Shown one piece after another: positions 37,291-45,959 of a stretch of DNA of 59,654 bases. The stretch is from Desulfobulbaceae bacterium (lineage in GTDB: Bacteria > Desulfobacterota > Desulfobulbia > Desulfobulbales > Desulfobulbaceae): NCBI GenBank assembly GCA_030613515.1, contig JAUWLT010000001.1, positions 1 to 59,654 on the forward strand, read 5' to 3'. Below the pieces are notes generated by a model, which saw nothing but the letters and a program-made list of their open reading frames with translations, did no database searches and was not told the origin of the DNA. Each line of letters opens with the position of its first letter. Position 1 is the stretch's first letter. A program made the position numbers and the translations under genes.

Positions 37291-38850
37291 TTATTTTTTC
37301 TGCTGGACATAGCGAATCATCTGGCTTGGGGTAAGTTTGGAATTTGAAGGGCCTGAGCGGATGAAAAATTCTTCGTTCTTGCCTACTTTCAGGAAAACCG
37401 GTTTGCCGGCAGGCTGACAGTCTACAACGACGATTTTTTTGTCTTCAATTTCTACTAAAGTGAAGTCGGCGAAATCGGAAAATTCTGCTCCTACGTGCTG
37501 ATTGAAAAGATTTTTTATGTGGAGCAGACATCGGTCGTCATTTTCAAAGTTATCCGCTTCAAGACCATAAATTCCGCCGTCATCGGCTACCCCGATGAGC
37601 AGGGTGCCTCCATCACTGTTGAGAAAGGCAATGACGGCTTTGAGCCAGGCAAATTCAATTTCCTTGCCGGCTTTGCCGTTTTTCAGGTTTATGCGGACTG
37701 TGGATTTAAATTCGATGTTGCTTCCTTCACCTTCGTTGATCAAGGAATGAACTTTGAGTACCGGGTCCTCCTGTTCAGGACTCCGTGCTGATCGTAGACC
37801 TCCGTTCAGCCAGATTAGCAGCAGCATGGCGCCGCCACCGGCACAGGCGACAAGCAGGTCAATCAGATCGATATCAAACAGTGTGCTGTTTAAACCGGCA
37901 ACAAGTTCCTTTTCAGAGGCGGCTACGCCAACCCAGATAACGGAATTATGCTTCAGCATGGGTTTGAACGTTGCCAGCCATTGCTGTTTGTTGTTCTGCA
38001 ATCTCACAACCTGTCCGGCAGGTTGATCAGCTTTCTTCCACCGGCTGATCAGTTCAGAGATTGGGGCAGGGGATACGTCTTCTTCTCCAACCTCAGCACC
38101 GTCCCCCAGTATAAAATAGTCGGAATAGGGATTGACTAAAAACAGAATTCCCCGACGTGTTCTATCTTTTGCCTTCAACAGTTGGCGGAGTTCCTTTATG
38201 GGAATGTCAATGGCAAAAACAGCAAAGTCGTTTTCCGTATCAGCAATATCCCAGGAAACAGAAGCGCTGATTCCCTTGATTTTTGTTTCATAAAAGGTGT
38301 AAACCGATGTCCAGTAAATTGAATCCTCTTTTTCTGAGCGGTGAAACCAAGGCCGTTTTACCGGGGAATAATCACTTTTCTTCTGCCACTCCTTTATTAG
38401 TTTGTCAGGTTCCTGCCAGCGTTGATAGAGCAGGTTTCCCTTCTGGTCTGCAGCTCGGGTTCTGGTCACCCATGAGGATTCATCCGGGCGCAGGTAGTAT
38501 TCCCACCCCTTGTTGTCAGCCAACAGAATACCTGAAAGTGGTGCCTGATGTTCAATCAGAGGCATTAATTGTTTATTCAAGCCGATTGTGTCATTACGGT
38601 CCAGAACACCATTGCGGGCCCAATCCCGAACTATTTTAAGTTTATCTGATATTGAATCAAAAAAACTCTGCATATCACGGAGCTCGGCATCACTTATTTC
38701 GTTGATTACCGGACCCGCCAGGTTGGATTTCAATTTGAAAAACTGATAGCCGTTGAGTGCCATCAGGATGACCAGAAAACCGGCCAGAGGAATAAGGATG
38801 GCTCTCAGTCGTGGCATGGATAGGCGGCGCCTGGTTTGTCCCTTGTTCAT
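37291..38850 (-). CDS. transmembrane receptor: TM - periplasmic Cache-like domain - TM - cytoplasmic AlbA_2 (Schlafen-type) domain
   Basis: TM1 LRAILIPLAGFLVILMAL. Cache signature: VKRPWFHRSEKEDSIYWTSVYTFYETKIKGISASV. TM2 LIDLLVACAGGGAMLLLIWL. AlbA_2 motifs: GSNIEFKS, AFLNSDGGTLLIGVADDGGIYG, EFFIRSGPSNSKL. Confidence 0.7.
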   Translation of the reverse strand: MNKGQTRRRLSMPRLRAILIPLAGFLVILMALNGYQFFKLKSNLAGPVINEISDAELRDMQSFFDSISDKLKIVRDWARNGVLDRNDTIGLNKQLMPLIEHQAPLSGILLADNKGWEYYLRPDESSWVTRTRAADQKGNLLYQRWQEPDKLIKEWQKKSDYSPVKRPWFHRSEKEDSIYWTSVYTFYETKIKGISASVSWDIADTENDFAVFAIDIPIKELRQLLKAKDRTRRGILFLVNPYSDYFILGDGAEVGEEDVSPAPISELISRWKKADQPAGQVVRLQNNKQQWLATFKPMLKHNSVIWVGVAASEKELVAGLNSTLFDIDLIDLLVACAGGGAMLLLIWLNGGLRSARSPEQEDPVLKVHSLINEGEGSNIEFKSTVRINLKNGKAGKEIEFAWLKAVIAFLNSDGGTLLIGVADDGGIYGLEADNFENDDRCLLHIKNLFNQHVGAEFSDFADFTLVEIEDKKIVVVDCQPAGKPVFLKVGKNEEFFIRSGPSNSKLTPSQMIRYVQQKK

Positions 38851-38874
38851 GGAGATTGTATTCGTTGGCTTATT

Positions 38875-39690
38875 TCAGCGATTAAATACGTTTTTAAAAA
38901 AAGGTATCCAGCGGATAAGCATTTTTTTGAGGCGGCCGTCTTGTTTGATTGCAGCCAGGTAGGCGTTGGCGGTCTGTTGAAGTACGGTATCATCTTTACG
39001 CACTCCCCACCCAATTTGTTCCCTGGTCATAGGTGTGGTTACGGGAGCCAGCCCATTTGCCTCATTTTGGGCGGCAAAGTAAAAATTCATGGGCAGGTCA
39101 TAGACAAAGGCATCAATCTTTTGTGCAAGTAAGGCTTTGACACCCTGTTCAGGTGTTTCAAAACCGGTAAAGCGTTGTTTTCTGTCCGTGGCCACATTTT
39201 TTTCAATGAAAAGATCACCGGTTGTGCCTTTTACCGTACCGATTTTGACTGTGGGATTAAGTAAATCCGTAAATCCATTACGGTATCGGTTCATATCTGT
39301 AAGTCGTACCAGGGAGACCTGACCGCTGATCATATATGGATTGCAGAAGGCTATTCTGTAAAGCCTGGCATCGGTAATGGTCATGCTGGACATGATAATA
39401 TCGGTTTTGCCGGCAAGCAGAGCAGGGATCTGGTCTATCCACTTAAGTTCGACAAAACGCACCTCTCTGCCGGCAAATTGTGCCAGGCCACGGGCAAATT
39501 CCGCCTCCAGGCCGGTTACCTGACCCCGCTCTTTATAGGCTGTGGGGGGGGCATTGGGAGTTATGCCTACCCGCAGAATTTTTGTATTGGTGGCAGGAAT
39601 GGAGCCTGTGTTATAGTTGTTCTGCACACAGGACGACAGGCTAAAGAGTATGAAAGAAGATAGAATTACAGAAAGAAAATAACGAATCAT
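38875..39690 (-). CDS. lipoprotein, family-3 (amino-acid type) solute-binding protein
   Basis: Lipobox LFSLSSC. ILRVGITPNAPPTAY..., GLEAEFARGLA, GKTDIIMSSMTIT. ATG at 39690 is preferred over the longer ORF from 39738. Confidence 0.8.
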   Translation of the reverse strand: MIRYFLSVILSSFILFSLSSCVQNNYNTGSIPATNTKILRVGITPNAPPTAYKERGQVTGLEAEFARGLAQFAGREVRFVELKWIDQIPALLAGKTDIIMSSMTITDARLYRIAFCNPYMISGQVSLVRLTDMNRYRNGFTDLLNPTVKIGTVKGTTGDLFIEKNVATDRKQRFTGFETPEQGVKALLAQKIDAFVYDLPMNFYFAAQNEANGLAPVTTPMTREQIGWGVRKDDTVLQQTANAYLAAIKQDGRLKKMLIRWIPFFKNVFNR

Positions 39691-39786
39691 AAATAAACCT
39701 ATTTGGTAACTATTCAGGCCAGTGCAAAAAACCTGCACCTACCTCGGAATATAACTGTTCAGATGGGGTGTAGCTGAACAGTTACC

Positions 39787-40287
39787 CTATTTGCTGATGG
39801 TGCCGTCAATAACACGGCCCTGGGAAATAAAGGAAATACCCTGCTGCATCTGGGTTCCGATCATGACGGACTCGACAATGGGCTCGGAAACAGGTTTTTC
39901 AGCACGCCAGTGGACAAGAAATTTGGCACCGGATCCGCCTGCTCTGTCAGACTCCGGGACAATATACCGAATGGAAACCAGCGGGTCAACCGGGACAGGT
40001 TTGTCAATATAACTTCGCAGTTTCTTACCATGGGAATCGTAATAATCCACTATATCCAGAACAATAGATGCTTTGGGATCCGTGTTGCGAATGGACAGTG
40101 TGGCGGTTAAATCAAAAGGCTTATCCTTATACCGGTCATCAGCATAAATGTGAGAATAAAGCGGTACATAAATGGACTGATTCAACCAGCGGCTTATATC
40201 ACCGGCATGAAGCGTGGTTACCGCGGTCGTAAAAAGGATGATAGCGCCGATCAAGATCAAGGTATGGACTGTTTTGCCGTGTAGCAT
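39787..40287 (-). CDS. DUF3124-family exported protein
   Basis: 166 aa with a signal/anchor helix. SIYVPLYSHIY...LSIRNTD...IVDYYDSHGKKL...FLVHW resembles DUF3124 proteins. Confidence 0.6.
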   Translation of the reverse strand: MLHGKTVHTLILIGAIILFTTAVTTLHAGDISRWLNQSIYVPLYSHIYADDRYKDKPFDLTATLSIRNTDPKASIVLDIVDYYDSHGKKLRSYIDKPVPVDPLVSIRYIVPESDRAGGSGAKFLVHWRAEKPVSEPIVESVMIGTQMQQGISFISQGRVIDGTISK

Positions 40288-40374
40288 GAGAGTATAATAC
40301 TCCGGGAGATAGTATGAGAGGCTATGAGTCGTTTCAAACCCGGCTTCCCAGTTTTGTACATGCTAAAAAATATC

Positions 40375-41085
40375 TCAGTTGCCCAGTGTTTTGACCTTGG
40401 TGGGTTGCGGTGCGGGCATGGCACTGCGCAGCTGATCTGCCTGGGCGTTACTTACCGAGCCTCGGATCAGGATGTCCACCGGACCTACCGGACTGCCGTA
40501 ATAGGCATTGTTCCATTTATCACGGGGGGCAATGACCGCGCCTTCAATGCTGACACCGCCAAAGGCACCCTTGGACCGGCCAAAGGCCAGCACGTCAGCA
40601 GTCTGGGCTTTGGCAGAAGCCCCGATAGGACCGGCGGCAACGGCAACATCAGCGCCAAGTTTAAATTCTGTGGACAGCATGGCATTCAGACCTTTTTCAG
40701 TCATGATCATCATGACAATTTCTGATGCATCAGCACCGATCTGCAGACCGATGGAAACGGAACCCATGGTGTAAAAAGCAGGGTAACTCCAGGCTCCTGT
40801 TTTCATGTCTCGGTGGAGCAACACACCGGATCCGCCGGAACCACCGACAATAAAACCGCCCCTGATCATCTGCGGTATAATAAAGATAGCGCGAGCACGG
40901 TGGGCATTATTGTGAAACCAGGTCATATTGGAGTCAGCCATAAAGCTTTTGAAAACAGCAGTACCTTTCAGCACCAGGGCCTGGGCATCAGAAGAGTCAG
41001 AGGCCTTGGCATTGGTGAGGGGAAGGGCAAGGGAAATAGAGAGCAGCACAAGAACAAGGGTCAGGTTTCGAATGTAAAAAAACAT
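40375..41085 (-). CDS. periplasmic SYLF (DUF500, Ysc84-like) lipid-binding domain protein
   Basis: From MFFYIRNL...: signal peptide, then GGFIVGGSGGSGVLL, SIGLQIGA and FGGVSIEGAVI, which are SYLF-type glycine-rich beta repeats. The upstream 47 codons of the ORF-track model look non-coding. Confidence 0.75.
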   Translation of the reverse strand: MFFYIRNLTLVLVLLSISLALPLTNAKASDSSDAQALVLKGTAVFKSFMADSNMTWFHNNAHRARAIFIIPQMIRGGFIVGGSGGSGVLLHRDMKTGAWSYPAFYTMGSVSIGLQIGADASEIVMMIMTEKGLNAMLSTEFKLGADVAVAAGPIGASAKAQTADVLAFGRSKGAFGGVSIEGAVIAPRDKWNNAYYGSPVGPVDILIRGSVSNAQADQLRSAMPAPQPTKVKTLGN

Positions 41086-41193
41086 AAAAGATACCTTTAA
41101 AAGTTGAAGTTGAAAAAAGTAGAAGGGGGGTACGTTCGGTTCTGAACAGTCGCTGTCAAACACTATAAGACAGGGAACAGTAGATAATGAAAA

Positions 41194-41233
41194 GCAGCAG
41201 GTGAGCGACAGGTACCTGTCGCTCACCTGCTGC
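41194..41233 (-). terminator. perfect 40-nt palindrome, intrinsic terminator of the rubredoxin gene
   Basis: GCAGCAGGTGAGCGACAGGT/ACCTGTCGCTCACCTGCTGC. On the minus strand it is followed by UUUUCAUUAU, 8 nt past the rubredoxin stop. Confidence 0.7.
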
Positions 41234-41240
41234 AGAAAAA

Positions 41241-41399
41241 TCAGTCAGCCTCGTAGAAATTCTCTTTTTCAGCCTGACACTTCGGGCAGACCCAATCATC
41301 GGGCAGATCTTCAAACGCGGTGCCGGGATCAATACCGTTTTCAACATCACCTTCTTCAGGGTCATAGATATATCCGCAGGGACATTCGTACTTTTTCAT
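41241..41399 (-). CDS. rubredoxin (52 aa; below the ORF-track length cutoff)
   Basis: My translation: [52 protein letters not shown]. It has the two CxxC knuckles (CPCG, CPKC) and the conserved YIYDP, DPGT and FEDLPDDW blocks. Confidence 0.92.
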   Translation of the reverse strand: MKKYECPCGYIYDPEEGDVENGIDPGTAFEDLPDDWVCPKCQAEKENFYEAD

Positions 41400-41598
41400 G
41401 ATTCTTTTCCTCCAGGTAAACAGGTATCAGACGTCAATGCCCAATAATTATGGTTCAGACATGGATTCTATCCACAGCCGAGCTGAAAAAAACTGAATTT
41501 ATCTCAAGTTTAATGAACCCTGCAGATTTTATCAAGAAAAAGCGATTGATCCTTCGGAAATTGTACCTCGCTGGACAACAGGAAAGTGTCCCTGAAAT

Positions 41599-41621
41599 AA
41601 CAGGCTGGCTGCCTGTTTTTT
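41599..41621 (+). terminator. intrinsic terminator/attenuator-like hairpin 90 nt upstream of rplU
   Basis: AACAGGC-TGGCT-GCCTGTT followed by TTTT, on the + strand only. A TTGACA hexamer follows at 41626-41631. Confidence 0.45.
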
Positions 41622-41710
41622 ATCCTTGACAGAGCAGGGGGTTGTGTAGTTTATTTTAATGTTTTGCTGATTATAACAGTAATTGTCTTTGATCATACAG
41701 GAGGAATAGT

Positions 41711-42022
41711 ATGTATGCTATAATTCGTACCGGTGGCAAACAGTATCAGGTTGCAGCCGGTGATACACTTCGTGTTGAAAAATTGCAGGGCGAAGTAGGT
41801 GAAACCGTAGAACTTTCCGATGTGTTGTTGGTTGCTGATGGCGATGATGTTAAGGTTGGCAAGCCGATGGTAGGCGGTGCCAGGGTTGTTGCCAAAATTG
41901 CCGAGCAGGGTAAGGCGAAGAAAGTACTTGTCTTTAAGAAGAAAAAACGCAAAGGCTATCGTGTACTTCGTGGACATCGTCAGCTGTTTACCGCCCTGAG
42001 CATTGAAGAGATCATAGCATAA
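41711..42022 (+). CDS. rplU: 50S ribosomal protein L21
   Basis: [25 protein letters not shown]...; 103 aa. Confidence 0.97.
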   Translation: MYAIIRTGGKQYQVAAGDTLRVEKLQGEVGETVELSDVLLVADGDDVKVGKPMVGGARVVAKIAEQGKAKKVLVFKKKKRKGYRVLRGHRQLFTALSIEEIIA

Positions 42023-42058
42023 TTTTTCGTTTTTAGTTTCATTTTTGGAGATATATCC

Positions 42059-42316
42059 ATGGCACATAAAAAAGCAGGTGGTAGTTCAAGGAACGGCCGT
42101 GACAGTGCGGGCCAGCGGCGCGGAGTAAAGCGCTTTGGTGGAGAGACTGTCCGTGCCGGCAACATCATTATTCGTCAGTTAGGCACGAAAATTCATCCCG
42201 GTGAAAACGTTGGTTGTGGTCGCGATTACACCCTGTTTGCAAAGGTTGATGGTGTCGTAACGTTTGAAGCCTTTGGCAAGGGACGTAAACGGGTATCCGT
42301 CTATCCTGCAGCCTGA
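42059..42316 (+). CDS. rpmA: 50S ribosomal protein L27
   Basis: [28 protein letters not shown]...; 85 aa. Confidence 0.97.
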   Translation: MAHKKAGGSSRNGRDSAGQRRGVKRFGGETVRAGNIIIRQLGTKIHPGENVGCGRDYTLFAKVDGVVTFEAFGKGRKRVSVYPAA

Positions 42317-42389
42317 TTTATTTTTCCCTAAGCCGGGAAAAGGCTGAAGATTTTCCGGCTGCGATCCTTTAGTTGCAGTCGGAGCTGTC

Positions 42390-42427
42390 AACTCGACATC
42401 AATATGATTGGTGTCGAGTTTTTTTTT
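42390..42427 (+). terminator. intrinsic terminator/attenuator between rpmA and obg
   Basis: AACTCGACATC...GGTGTCGAGTT stem followed by a run of 9 T. Confidence 0.65.
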
Positions 42428-42451
42428 GAGGTTTGGGGACAAAAATAAAAA

Positions 42452-43465
42452 ATGGGCTTCGTTGATGAGGTAAAATTTTTCGTCAAGGCCGGGGACGGCG
42501 GTAACGGCTGTGTAAGTTTTCGTCGGGAAAAATTTGTGCCCAGAGGCGGCCCCAACGGTGGAGACGGCGGGCGTGGCGGATCGATATTCCTGGAGGCCGA
42601 TCCGCGCAAGCACTCCCTCATCGATTTTCGCTACCGTTCCCATTTCAAGGCCCAGCGCGGAGGAAACGGTCAGGGAAGTGATAAACACGGGCGCAGCGGC
42701 AAAGACACCGTAGTCCTTGTTCCTGCAGGATCTGTGGTCAAGGACGCTGAAACCGGACAGGTACTGGTCGATCTTATCGACCCGGGGCAACGATTTACAG
42801 CAGCCCGGGGGGGTAAGGGTGGTTTTGGCAATGCCCGTTTTGCAACTTCCACTAACCGCGCACCGCGCAAGGCTACTCCCGGTACAGTCGGTGAAGAGCA
42901 CTGGCTTAAAGTTGAGCTCAAACTGCTGGCGGATGTCGGTCTCATAGGGTTGCCCAATGCCGGTAAGTCCACCCTGCTGTCAAGATTGTCAGCTGCAAAT
43001 CCCAAGGTGGCTCCTTATCCCTTTACCACCCTTGCCCCGCAGCTCGGTGTCCTGCAGTTCAAATACATGGATCCCTGTATCATTGCCGATATTCCCGGCC
43101 TGATCAAGGGCGCAAGCGAGGGGGTAGGGCTCGGTCACCAGTTCCTGCGCCATGTTGAACGGACAACTATCCTGCTCCATATCATTGATGCAGCCGGTGA
43201 GGAGGATCGACCTTTTGCAGATTACCAGGTTTTAGTCAGAGAGCTTGAGGCCTATAACGAGGAGTTGAGGGACCGTACCTATCTTATTGTGCTGAACAAG
43301 ATCGATTGTATTGATGCGGACAGACTGCAGGAAGTGAGGACCATGTTTACTGACCGGGGGTTGGATGTCCTTGCAGTTTCCGCGAAAGAAAAGACAGGTA
43401 TTGATAACCTGAAAGAGTACCTTGCCGATATCCTGGAAGAACAGCGGGAGCTTGCGAAACAATGA
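42452..43465 (+). CDS. obg: GTPase Obg/CgtA
   Basis: FVDEVKFFVKAGDGGNGCVSFRREKF (Obg fold), G1 GLPNAGKST, G3 DIPG, G4 NKID. Confidence 0.96.
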   Translation: MGFVDEVKFFVKAGDGGNGCVSFRREKFVPRGGPNGGDGGRGGSIFLEADPRKHSLIDFRYRSHFKAQRGGNGQGSDKHGRSGKDTVVLVPAGSVVKDAETGQVLVDLIDPGQRFTAARGGKGGFGNARFATSTNRAPRKATPGTVGEEHWLKVELKLLADVGLIGLPNAGKSTLLSRLSAANPKVAPYPFTTLAPQLGVLQFKYMDPCIIADIPGLIKGASEGVGLGHQFLRHVERTTILLHIIDAAGEEDRPFADYQVLVRELEAYNEELRDRTYLIVLNKIDCIDADRLQEVRTMFTDRGLDVLAVSAKEKTGIDNLKEYLADILEEQRELAKQ

Positions 43466-44646
43466 CCTTTCAGGTTGACCATCAGGATGGACTTTTTTAC
43501 CGGCAGACCCTGTTTGATCAGGCCAAAAGAGTCGTGATAAAGGTGGGCAGCGCTGTTTTGACCGGTCAGGACGGCTTGAATCTTGAGGTCATCGCCAACC
43601 TGGCCCGCCAGGTTTCTTTTCTCTGGTCAACGGGCCGTGAGGTTATTCTGGTCAGTTCCGGGGCTGTTGCTGCCGGTCGCAGGCGCCTTGGTGTGCATCG
43701 CAACAGCAACGAAGAACTCAAGGTCAAGCAGGCTCTGGCAGCCATGGGTCAGGGGTTGCTGATGCAGGCCTATGAACAGGCTTTTGCCGGTCATGACCAG
43801 CAGGTAGCCCAGATTCTGCTCACCCATGCCGATCTTTCCCACCGGGACCGGTATATTAATGTCCGCAATACTATCCTGACACTGTTTGAATTCGGGGTTG
43901 TGCCGATTATCAATGAAAACGACACGGTGTCCGGCCAGGAACTGCGTTTTGGTGATAACGACACTCTGGGTGCCCTGATCACCAATATGATCGGAGCGGA
44001 TATGTACATCATGCTCACCGATGTGGATGGGCTCTGTACGGCAAACCCGGCTGATAATGTTTCTGCCCGGCATGTGTACACTGTCGCAACCGTTGATCGC
44101 GAAGTGGAGGCCATGGCCGGACATACCAGCAGTATGCTTGGAACCGGCGGTATGCAGTCCAAAATCCGGGCAGCAAAAATGGTGGCTGCCTGCGGGGGAA
44201 GTTCTTTTATCGGACCCGGGCGTAATCAAGAAATTCTGCAGGAACTGTTTTCCGGCGACCTGGTGGGAACATTTTTTTTGCCCGGCAGCGAAAAGATTAA
44301 GAGCAGAAAACACTGGATCGCCTATGTCCTGCGTCCTGCCGGTTATCTGAATCTGGACGGGGGCGCCTGTCGGGCCATCCGGGAACATGGTAAGAGTCTG
44401 TTGCCATCCGGTATTGTCGAGGTCGAGGGTAGATTCAGAGTCGGAGCACCGGTTCACTGCCGTTGTCCTGATGGGAGGGTTGTGGCTGCGGGCTTGATAA
44501 ACTACTCTTCATCTGATATTGAAAAGATCAAGGGCTGCAAAAGCTCTGAAATCGAGGCAATTTTAGGATTTAGAGACAGCGATGAGATTATCCACCGTGA
44601 CAATCTGGTCCTGCTTGAAGATACAGCGGCCGCACAGGAGTTGTAG
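43462..44646 (+). CDS. proB: glutamate 5-kinase (with PUA domain)
   Basis: RVVIKVGSAVLT, VSSGAVAAG, INENDTV, and a C-terminal PUA domain. ATGA overlap with obg. Confidence 0.95.
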   Translation: MTFQVDHQDGLFYRQTLFDQAKRVVIKVGSAVLTGQDGLNLEVIANLARQVSFLWSTGREVILVSSGAVAAGRRRLGVHRNSNEELKVKQALAAMGQGLLMQAYEQAFAGHDQQVAQILLTHADLSHRDRYINVRNTILTLFEFGVVPIINENDTVSGQELRFGDNDTLGALITNMIGADMYIMLTDVDGLCTANPADNVSARHVYTVATVDREVEAMAGHTSSMLGTGGMQSKIRAAKMVAACGGSSFIGPGRNQEILQELFSGDLVGTFFLPGSEKIKSRKHWIAYVLRPAGYLNLDGGACRAIREHGKSLLPSGIVEVEGRFRVGAPVHCRCPDGRVVAAGLINYSSSDIEKIKGCKSSEIEAILGFRDSDEIIHRDNLVLLEDTAAAQEL

Positions 44647-44691
44647 AAATACATTGCCCGAAAAACCTGATTAGGTGTGAGGAATAAACTC

Positions 44692-45957
44692 ATGGATAAT
44701 GACCAGATAGAAAAGATCGTCACAGAAATGGCTGAAAACGGCCGCAGGGCAGCTCGCAAACTGGCTGCCGTGCCCACGGCTGTCAAAAATGCTATCCTGC
44801 TCGATACGGCTCAGTTGCTGATGGATGAGCGGGAGTTTATCCGCCATGAAAATGAAAAAGACCTTGCCATAGGCCGGGAAAAAGGGCTGTCACCTGCCAT
44901 GCTGGACCGGCTTGAACTCAGTGATAAGGTTATTGCTTCCATGGTACAGGGACTGCATGAGATTGCAGCTCTGTCCGACCCGGTGGGTGAAGTCGATGAC
45001 ATGAAACGCAGGCCCAGCGGTATTACCGTGGGCAGGATGCGCGTTCCGCTGGGAGTCGTGGGCATGATTTACGAATCTCGGCCCAATGTGACCATTGATG
45101 CTGCTGCCCTCTGTTTAAAGGCCGGCAACGGTGTGTTGCTGCGTGGCGGTTCCGAAGCCATTTTTTCCAATCTTGCCCTGGCAAAACTGCTGCAAAAGGT
45201 GCTTGCCTCCCATTTAGTGCCTGAGGAGGCGGTTCAGGTGATTCCTGTTACAGACCGTTACGGCGTCAACGTCATGCTGGCCCAGGAAGATTTCATTGAT
45301 GTCATTATTCCCCGGGGTGGCGAAGGGTTGATTCGTTTTGTGGCCGAGACGTCACGTATTCCTGTGCTCAAGCATTACAAGGGCGTCTGTCATCTCTATA
45401 TTGATGACAGCGCAGATATCCAAATGGGAATTCGCATTGCCATGAACGGCAAGACCCAGAGACCCGGAGTCTGTAATGCCCTGGAAGGGTTGCTGGTACA
45501 CCGATCCATTGCAGAACAGTTCCTGCCTGCTGCAGCTAAACAGCTGATGGCAGCCGGAGTTGAGTTGCTCGGCTGCAAAGGAAGCTGTGCCATAGTTCCA
45601 GATATGACTCCTGCCATGGACTCTGATTGGGGAACGGAGTTTCTTGATCTGAAAATGATTGTTCGGGTAGTGAACGATATGGATGAGGCAATGCACTACA
45701 TAGAACAATACGGTTCTCAGCACACCGAGGTGATTGTGACCGGTTCTTATGACAACAGCCGGCGTTTCCTGCGCGAGGTGGACGCTTCAGCGGTGATGAT
45801 CAACGCATCCAGCCGTTTTAACGACGGAGGTCAGTTTGGACTTGGCGCCGAGATTGGTATTTCAACCACCAAGCTGCATGCCTACGGTCCCATGGGGCTG
45901 GAAGAACTTACCACCAGGAAATTTATTGTTTTTGGTGAGGGCGAGGTCCGGGAATAA
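44692..45957 (+). CDS. proA: gamma-glutamyl phosphate reductase
   Basis: An aldehyde-dehydrogenase-type sequence: YESRPNVT, and the catalytic Cys in QRPGVCNALE. ATG at 44692 behind GAGGAA is preferred over GTG at 44677. Confidence 0.93.
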   Translation: MDNDQIEKIVTEMAENGRRAARKLAAVPTAVKNAILLDTAQLLMDEREFIRHENEKDLAIGREKGLSPAMLDRLELSDKVIASMVQGLHEIAALSDPVGEVDDMKRRPSGITVGRMRVPLGVVGMIYESRPNVTIDAAALCLKAGNGVLLRGGSEAIFSNLALAKLLQKVLASHLVPEEAVQVIPVTDRYGVNVMLAQEDFIDVIIPRGGEGLIRFVAETSRIPVLKHYKGVCHLYIDDSADIQMGIRIAMNGKTQRPGVCNALEGLLVHRSIAEQFLPAAAKQLMAAGVELLGCKGSCAIVPDMTPAMDSDWGTEFLDLKMIVRVVNDMDEAMHYIEQYGSQHTEVIVTGSYDNSRRFLREVDASAVMINASSRFNDGGQFGLGAEIGISTTKLHAYGPMGLEELTTRKFIVFGEGEVRE

Positions 45958-45959
45958 AT

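Noticed and set aside
41086-41226. N-terminal 47-codon extension of the SYLF protein ORF (40375..41226)
   Set aside because: The extension runs through the rubredoxin terminator palindrome and precedes an obvious signal peptide that starts at the internal ATG (41085).
41450-41629. 59-codon + strand ORF upstream of rplU
   Set aside because: There is no Shine-Dalgarno before either in-frame ATG. It reads through an intrinsic terminator and ends in the TTGACA hexamer. I recognise no similarity.
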